From an uncultured Acidobacteriota bacterium (lineage in GTDB: Bacteria > Acidobacteriota > JAQAZP01), in the NCBI GenBank assembly GCA_963836075.1, contig CAWIIB010000009.1:384001-448000 (forward strand): 64,000 nucleotides of DNA, given 5' to 3'. Under the pieces are notes generated by a model. It saw nothing but the letters and a program-made list of their open reading frames with translations, searched no databases and had not been told where the DNA came from. Positions 59,301 to 64,000 of this stretch are shown one piece after another. A program made the translations under genes and the position numbers. Position 1 is the stretch's first letter. Every line of letters begins with the position of its first letter.

Positions 59301-60179
59301 GTTGGTCTCCATCGCCGTCCGGAGAAATGACTCCGCCTCCTCGTACTGGTTCAACTGGACCAGCAGGGCCCCAAGGTTGTTGCAGGTGCTGGCGGTGCTG
59401 CGGTGCTCCCTCCCCAGAAATCGCCGACGATCCTCCAGGTTCTTGCGGTAGATCACTTCCGCTTCGGCGTATCGCCCCATTCTGTCCAACAGGTGGCCCA
59501 TGTTGTTTTGAAAAGTCATGGTGGCCGGGTGGTCTTCGCCAAGGACCACCTGGGAGTTTTCCATGGCCTCGCGATAGTATGGTTCGGCCTTTTCCAGTTG
59601 GCCCATTCTTTTGTAAAGCGCCCCGAGACGATAGACCGAATTCAGTGTTTTTTCATGATCCTTGCCAAAGACCTGCCGCCGGCCGGCAAGCGCCTTTACA
59701 AACAGCGGCTCCGCTTCTTCGAATTTGTTCTGCATATTTAAGGCATGCCCCAGTGCATTCATGGCCGCGAGCCGTCGCGGGTGCTTCTCATCCAACAACC
59801 GTTCCCAACCGGCCAGGGCCTGCCGGAGCAGAGGCTCAGCCTCGGCGTACTTGCTTTCATGCTCGGCGAGGGCGACACCGAGATTTTGCAGGGCCTCGAG
59901 GGTCAGGGGATCGTCGTCTCCCAGCGCCCCGCGCCGCAGCTCCAGCTGTTCGCGGCACGGCTCGATGGCCTCGATGGCATTACCCGCCTCGACCAGCTCC
60001 ACCATCTGCGCGGTGAGCGCTTCGTCCCGCTGTGCGTCCTCCTCAACGAGCAGGCCCACCACCGGCAGGATGTCTTCCACTTCAGACGCCGGTTGAGCAT
60101 CGGCCCGGCAAAACCAGCAGGGATTTAAAAAGGAAAGGAACAGGGAAAACGCCGCCAGGGGGATGAGCGTCTTTTTCAT
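56364..60179 (-). CDS. Exported TPR-CHAT (caspase-like) protein with inserted PDZ domain
   Basis: GAGG RBS, signal peptide; >12 LGxxHPxT TPRs; LPGSRREV, HLATHG, LSGCETALG, LSLWKV, WAAFILLGD; PDZ GVLVAMVMDDSAAYRGGIREGDVLLSYGG. Confidence 0.92.
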   Translation of the reverse strand: MKKTLIPLAAFSLFLSFLNPCWFCRADAQPASEVEDILPVVGLLVEEDAQRDEALTAQMVELVEAGNAIEAIEPCREQLELRRGALGDDDPLTLEALQNLGVALAEHESKYAEAEPLLRQALAGWERLLDEKHPRRLAAMNALGHALNMQNKFEEAEPLFVKALAGRRQVFGKDHEKTLNSVYRLGALYKRMGQLEKAEPYYREAMENSQVVLGEDHPATMTFQNNMGHLLDRMGRYAEAEVIYRKNLEDRRRFLGREHRSTASTCNNLGALLVQLNQYEEAESFLRTAMETNRRLLGDEHPSTLSTIANLGLVIKLQGRFTEAEVLMREAMTTNRKVLGEDHSQTLTTILNLAGLLKAQGRMAEAEALQLEALEGDRRTVGDRHPNTLSSMHNLARLLEYQGRVEEAAEVQEITLRNRRQALGPEHPQTLRTLDSLGILRYRLGEYGEAESLLRQALDTRRRVLEQGHPEVCDSQGNLGLVLEARGNLGEAEQLYQHSLDGYRRALGQNNPRTLSALGRMGHLHLARGEFQTAEGFFRKELDGRRRVLGDDHPDVMLSLNSLARLKAGIGEYQAAESLWRESAAVFETARLRVSAGGLERAYFAEQVSPLAPLAACLARNKKPGPAWSAFEENQARGLLDAISARYARSLTAAERDRESSLIGKLSRLEEKLGAAVGAEESAGGEFERLRGEQVRLQAELARFQAELAERYGPAAGEVFELDRIRKSLPENAALVGWVDIAAGPHAADPNGEHWACAVRRTGAPAWVRLAGSGEGGAWTEADDGLTSRVRQILGRPQRRSALRRNRAILDRLKGQRLAPLLPHLGDVEHLIVLPAGAMSGIPIEALDASFTVSYAPSGTMYAWLREKRAPAASPLAADPPRLLALGDPDFGSVPGIKTAPAELPDHGVLVAMVMDDSAAYRGGIREGDVLLSYGGESLGSAADLGPVMQKVQNAQPAGEATENPPVIPITVWRDGETHELELSHGRLGLRPSQEPMPEALLVQREMDAALGPTRHQSFRRLPGSRREVETIAGLFQTAGESKSSNEVLLGQEASEQRLAELSTAGTLKQFGVIHLATHGVMNDRMALQSALILARTVDQSAGGMVYDGRLTGEQIVRTWDLDAELVTLSGCETALGRETGGEGYLGFSQAMFIAGARSLLLSLWKVNDQATMLLMTRFYENVLGKFPEQRIVGDRRFRPGQRVPRALALQEAKQWLANVTGRELRSMGAELADNTDRGPGGDAVGGAPGGYRPFADPHFWAAFILLGDPG

Positions 60180-60270
60180 CACACACCTCGTGCAGTAATT
60201 CGGAAATTGAATCGAGGCGAAATGTGTTGGTGTGTCAATGGTATTCGAAAGGTGGGGGAAAAGCGAACGG

Positions 60271-60300
60271 CCCGCCGGCACCCCGAAGGGCGCCGGCGGG
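60271..60300 (-). terminator. GC hairpin with C(UUCG)G loop after the upstream secreted gene
   Basis: Minus strand CCCGCCGGCGCCC-TTCG-GGGTGCCGGCGGG; weak U-tract. Confidence 0.55.
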
Positions 60301-60309
60301 AAATGCAGG

Positions 60310-63300
60310 TCAGGGCACGGTGACCTGCAAAAATGCGGCATCAGAGTCCACGTCACCCGAGGGCGGGTATGGCGGCTGGTTGTACGGCGCCGGGGTCACG
60401 TCCTCGGCCAGCAGGACAAAGCGATTTTCGCCCTTCAGCATCTGCAGCGCCGGGATGTTCTGGTTCCAGGAAGCGGTAAAGCTCTCCAGCGGGGCGATGT
60501 TGGTGAAGCCCGCCCGCCAGTTGGGGAAGTAGCCGCCGCCGGCCAAAGTCACATTGATCCGACTGGCGATCCGCCTGGTGATCCCCTCGTACTGGTTGGT
60601 CAGCGTGGCCTGCATGTTGGTGGTGAATGGAGCAACCCCCTGGGCCGGCGTGCAGGAAAAGGAGCCGGAAACGGTGGGCAGGCCGCTGCAGATCTCCTCG
60701 TGCTGCACCGCCGGGGTCATGGTCGCCGGGCTCTGGGTGTAGATGCTGAATACCGGGGACTGGGAACTCATGGCATAGGCGAATCCGGATGGGTATTCAA
60801 TGTTGTTGCCGCCTTCCACCTCCCAGATGTAGGGGCAGTCCCCCACCCTGCCGTTACGGTCGGTGTGGAGGAGGAGGATATCGTCTGCCCCAGCACCGAA
60901 AGCCGATGTATAGCCGGCCGCAGCGTACCCGCCATCCGCAGTCTCCAGCACGCCGAGGAGAGCGGTGTCACCGTCACCGTTCACATGATGTATCCACTGC
61001 GGTATTCCTTCGCCGTCAAACTTGGCCAGCACCCCATTGGTATCGAGGACACTGGGGGGCAGGACATACCCAGCGGCGATGATCCCGCCGTCAGCAGTGG
61101 CCCTAAAATCGAAATAGCTCTCACTATCCGGATCGCCGGCTGTTCTGGCCCACATCCTCGCTCCGGTGTCACTGTTGATCTTGACAAAGAACGCGTCTCC
61201 CCCTGCCTGGCCACCCAGGACATAGTGGCCGTCGGGCATGGTGATGATCCCGTAAAAACCTAAGTTATTCCCCACGCCATGCCCACTGCTCCAGCCCACA
61301 TCACCATTGGCGTCGAGCTTGATCACCTGGGAATAAATCGTGGTACCGGCATCGTAGACGCCGGCCAGCAGAATGCCACCGTCAGTGGTACCAATGGCGC
61401 ACCTGGCATTTTCCGTTCGGTTCGTCGCACCCACCGTACGGATCCAGCCGATATCGCTGGCCGCATCGATGGTGAAGACCAGCGCGTCGTATTGATCGAC
61501 TCCCGCAACGCCTGTCGAACCGGCCACAATGTAATCACCATCAGGCATCCGGCGGATCGATCTGAGCACCTCGCTTCTCGGGCTGCCAACGGTTTTGGCC
61601 CAGTTGAGTCCACCCCCGGCGTCGAAACCCATCACCAGTGCATCGGCCTGGCCCACACCAAAGCTGTAAGTATATCCCACCACAATACAGCCATCATCAT
61701 CGGTCACCACCAGATCCAGAGGCGAGTCATAGTCATCCCCGCTGGCCAGGCTGGCCCATTGGAGATTGCCCAGCGCATCGTATTTGATCACCATGACACC
61801 CTGGGACGTACCGGAAGCCGCCGAGGCGACGATGAAACCCCCATCAGAGGTCTGGCCAATGGCCCGTCCCTCATCACCGGCCCACTCACCACTGGCCGCC
61901 AGCCAGTATCGCTTCTCCGGCGGGGAGTATTCGCAGACCAAGCGGGTTGGGCCAGTAGATGAAGGCCCAGTAAAGTTCCGGATCCTCCACACTCAACGCC
62001 GGAGTGGTGATTGTCGGTTCTGTTGCGGTAACCGTAAAGGAGGGGTTGGTGACATCGGGATAGCATCCGGCGCCGTATTCGCAGCCAGGAATGAGACCGT
62101 CCCGGTTGGCCGTCACCAGCAGCATGCCGAGGGGATCGGAGGTGTAATAATGGAAAGTGGCCGTCTCGCCGACCATGAAAACCCCGCCACCGGGCAGTCC
62201 GGTCACTGAATTGGCCGTTTCGGCCTCCTCTCCGCCAAACACCCGGGCCCATTGGTAGGCGCCGTACTGGTCGAAGGTGACCAGGAAGGCATCGGAATCA
62301 CCGAATCCGAAATTGTATGTGGTGCCGGCCACCGCGTAGCCGCCCTCGGCCAGTTCGCAGACCGCGTTTCCGTAGTCACCGTTGGGCGACCCGCCCACGG
62401 TGGAAGCGGTGAGCAGGGAGCCGTTGGCGTCGAAAATAGCAAAAAGCAGGTCCGATGCCCCGCTGCCCTCGGCGGTCTGGCCGGTGAGCACCAGGTCACC
62501 GTTTGAGGCCTCGAGGGCGTCCCGGCCCTGGTCCACGTACTGTTCACCCAGGGTCTCGCCCCAGAGCAGGCCGCCGCTGCTGTCGAAACGGAGGAGGAAG
62601 GCGTCATCGTAACCGGCGCCAAAACTCGAGGTGCTGCCGGCGCATATAAAACCGGCATCCGAGGTGAGCCGGATGGAAGCGATGGAGTCATCCTGCGGAC
62701 CGGAGATCAGCGAGGACCAGCTAAACGTGCCGTCAGCCTGGAATGCCGCCAGGATGGCATCGGCATCCCCGCTGCCGAAACTGTAGGTGTAGCCGGCCAC
62801 CACCAGGTCCCCATCGGGTGTCTCGCAGACACCGGCGGCGCCGTCAGCGCTGCTGCCACCGGCCACACGGGACCATTGCGGGATTCCCGATCCGTCGAAC
62901 TTTATCAGGTAGATGTCGTTGCCACCGGCGCCAAGCATGGTGGTTTGACCAACAATGACGAAGCCGCCATCCGATGTTTCGCATACATCGTAGGCCATGT
63001 CCCAGCCGTCTCCGGCAATGCGGGCCCACTCCACCACTCCCTGGTTGTTCATTTTGACCAGGAGGAACTGTATGGTCCCGGAGTAATCATTGTAGTACAT
63101 GCCGGCCGCCACGGCCCCTCCATCGGAAGTGAGAATACCCTTGCGCCCAAAGTCAGCAGCGATGTCACCAAAGGAACTCATGAAGTAGTGGATCTCGTCA
63201 TCGCGGCTGCCGGCCAGATGCCGGGAATAGGTATCGGTAACATCCTGGAAGGCAATAGCGGCATTGCGAACCGCCAGGTCTTCGCTGACGTCGCGGGCAG

Positions 63301-63415
63301 ACACCGGGGCTGACCCGGATATCGAGTCGGCATGCAACAAGCCCGTGGAGAGCCAACCGTTGCAGCACATCAGCAAACAGGTGAGAAAAAGGCTGATCAG
63401 ATGTTTAGTCTTCAT
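60310..63415 (-). CDS. Secreted protein with two tandem beta-propeller repeat modules + shared C-terminal domain; frameshift ~61945
   Basis: Signal peptide; repeats W..xxGG..D..xxTxDGG[FY]xxAGxTxSFGAG; two ORFs (61886-63415, 60310-61992) overlap and the second has no signal peptide; ends EDVTPAPYNQPPYPPSGD..VTVP. Confidence 0.82.
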
Positions 63416-63728
63416 CGTGCCCGAGCTCCTTGTGATGTATAAAAAACTCAACAAATCGCTACAGGAAGCAGGAACGCACGGCAGCACATTTCTTGTATCG
63501 GGCCGCGGAACTCAGGCCTGCGGCCCGGTTGCTTTGGCCGCCGCGCGATCGGCACGAAGTCAGAGAACGATCACCACGATCCACAACAACCCGGTGAGTG
63601 GGCCGAGGTGTCAATCTGCTGGGTTTGATGGCTGCGGCTGGAATCCAGGATTGTCGTCGGTGATATACATCCTATTCTCACCGCAACCGCTTGGTCTCTT
63701 CCTCGACCAGTTGGAGGGTCTTCTCGTG

Positions 63729-63785
63729 GGGCCACGCCGTAAGCTTCGCGGGCCTGGTCGAGGGAGATGATGCCGTCGCCCGCAC
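63729..63785. repeat. Copy C of the gene-end remnant
   Basis: Minus strand GDGIISLDQAREAYGVA; matches 52396-52430 and ~51416-51444. Confidence 0.75.
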
Positions 63786-63859
63786 GGTTCGTGGGGACGG
63801 AGATTATACGTTCGCGGTGGAGGATCCCACTTCGAGCGAATATTCCTGTCGACTCTGCG

Positions 63860-63890
63860 TATATCAATATGATATCATTTCAATATCATG
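63860..63890. promoter_or_regulatory. Operator-like ATATCA repeats
   Basis: TATATCAATATGATATCATTTCAATATCAT containing palindrome ATGATATCAT, upstream of the last gene. Confidence 0.45.
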
Positions 63891-63918
63891 TTCGGTTGGA
63901 GCCGAAAAGGAGGAACAG

Positions 63919-64000
63919 ATGATTGAAGAAACGACGTACAAGCCGGTCAGTGGTTGGCTACCCCTGCTGTTCTGCATCGCGCTGCTGGTCGCGGGACCGT
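63919..64000 (+). CDS. 5' end of a membrane protein, possibly SPFH/band-7 family (runs off window)
   Basis: AGGAGG RBS; MIEETTYKPVSGWLPLLFCIALLVAGP; family is a guess from 27 residues. Confidence 0.5.
   Translation, partial: MIEETTYKPVSGWLPLLFCIALLVAGP

Noticed and set aside
54916-60179. Type III-E CRISPR-associated TPR-CHAT/RpoE system
   Set aside because: No cas genes or array; the CHAT protein has a signal peptide and the partner is a membrane zf-HC2 anti-sigma
14018-60675. Diversity-generating retroelement (TR/VR) explanation for the repeated C-termini
   Set aside because: No reverse transcriptase; the copies are diverged at all base types and conserved at protein rather than DNA level

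Overview
GC-rich bacterial window, probably from an uncultured anaerobe (inferred from gene content). I saw no rRNA, tRNA, CRISPR array, integrase or transposase. In order it holds: (i) the end of a GshB-like ATP-grasp ligase and an MscS/MgtE/MgtE/CorC ion-transport operon; (ii) a RelE-type TA pair; (iii) a sensor-less sigma54 activator facing a perfect -24/-12 promoter and a 34-aa ORF; (iv) an orphan PilB/GspE ATPase; (v) an ECF/anti-sigma/DUF4252 operon; (vi) several large secreted proteins; (vii) a GT39-TPR protein and two sulfatase-like proteins; (viii) an 11-kb CoA/B12/molybdoenzyme catabolic cluster with an unusual acyl-CoA mutase; (ix) a HEAT protein, radical SAM enzymes and a Ser/Thr kinase; (x) two more TA pairs; (xi) an ECF/anti-sigma/CHAT-PDZ module. 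The strongest candidate for a new system is a shared ~120-aa C-terminal domain. Four unrelated signal-peptide proteins (C25 gingipain-like, SBBP-repeat, small beta-rich, tandem-propeller) end in it (NWRAGxTN ... DVTPAP[YW]NQPP[YF]xx[SA]GxxD ... terminal Pro), and a fifth, decayed copy is also present. It may be a lineage-specific sorting or anchoring signal. Other signals are a family of GGGACGTACAT palindromes and three remnants of one gene 3' end next to the TA modules. About nine small indels disrupt otherwise intact genes and are more likely assembly artefacts than biology. All family assignments come from motif recognition by eye, not database searches.
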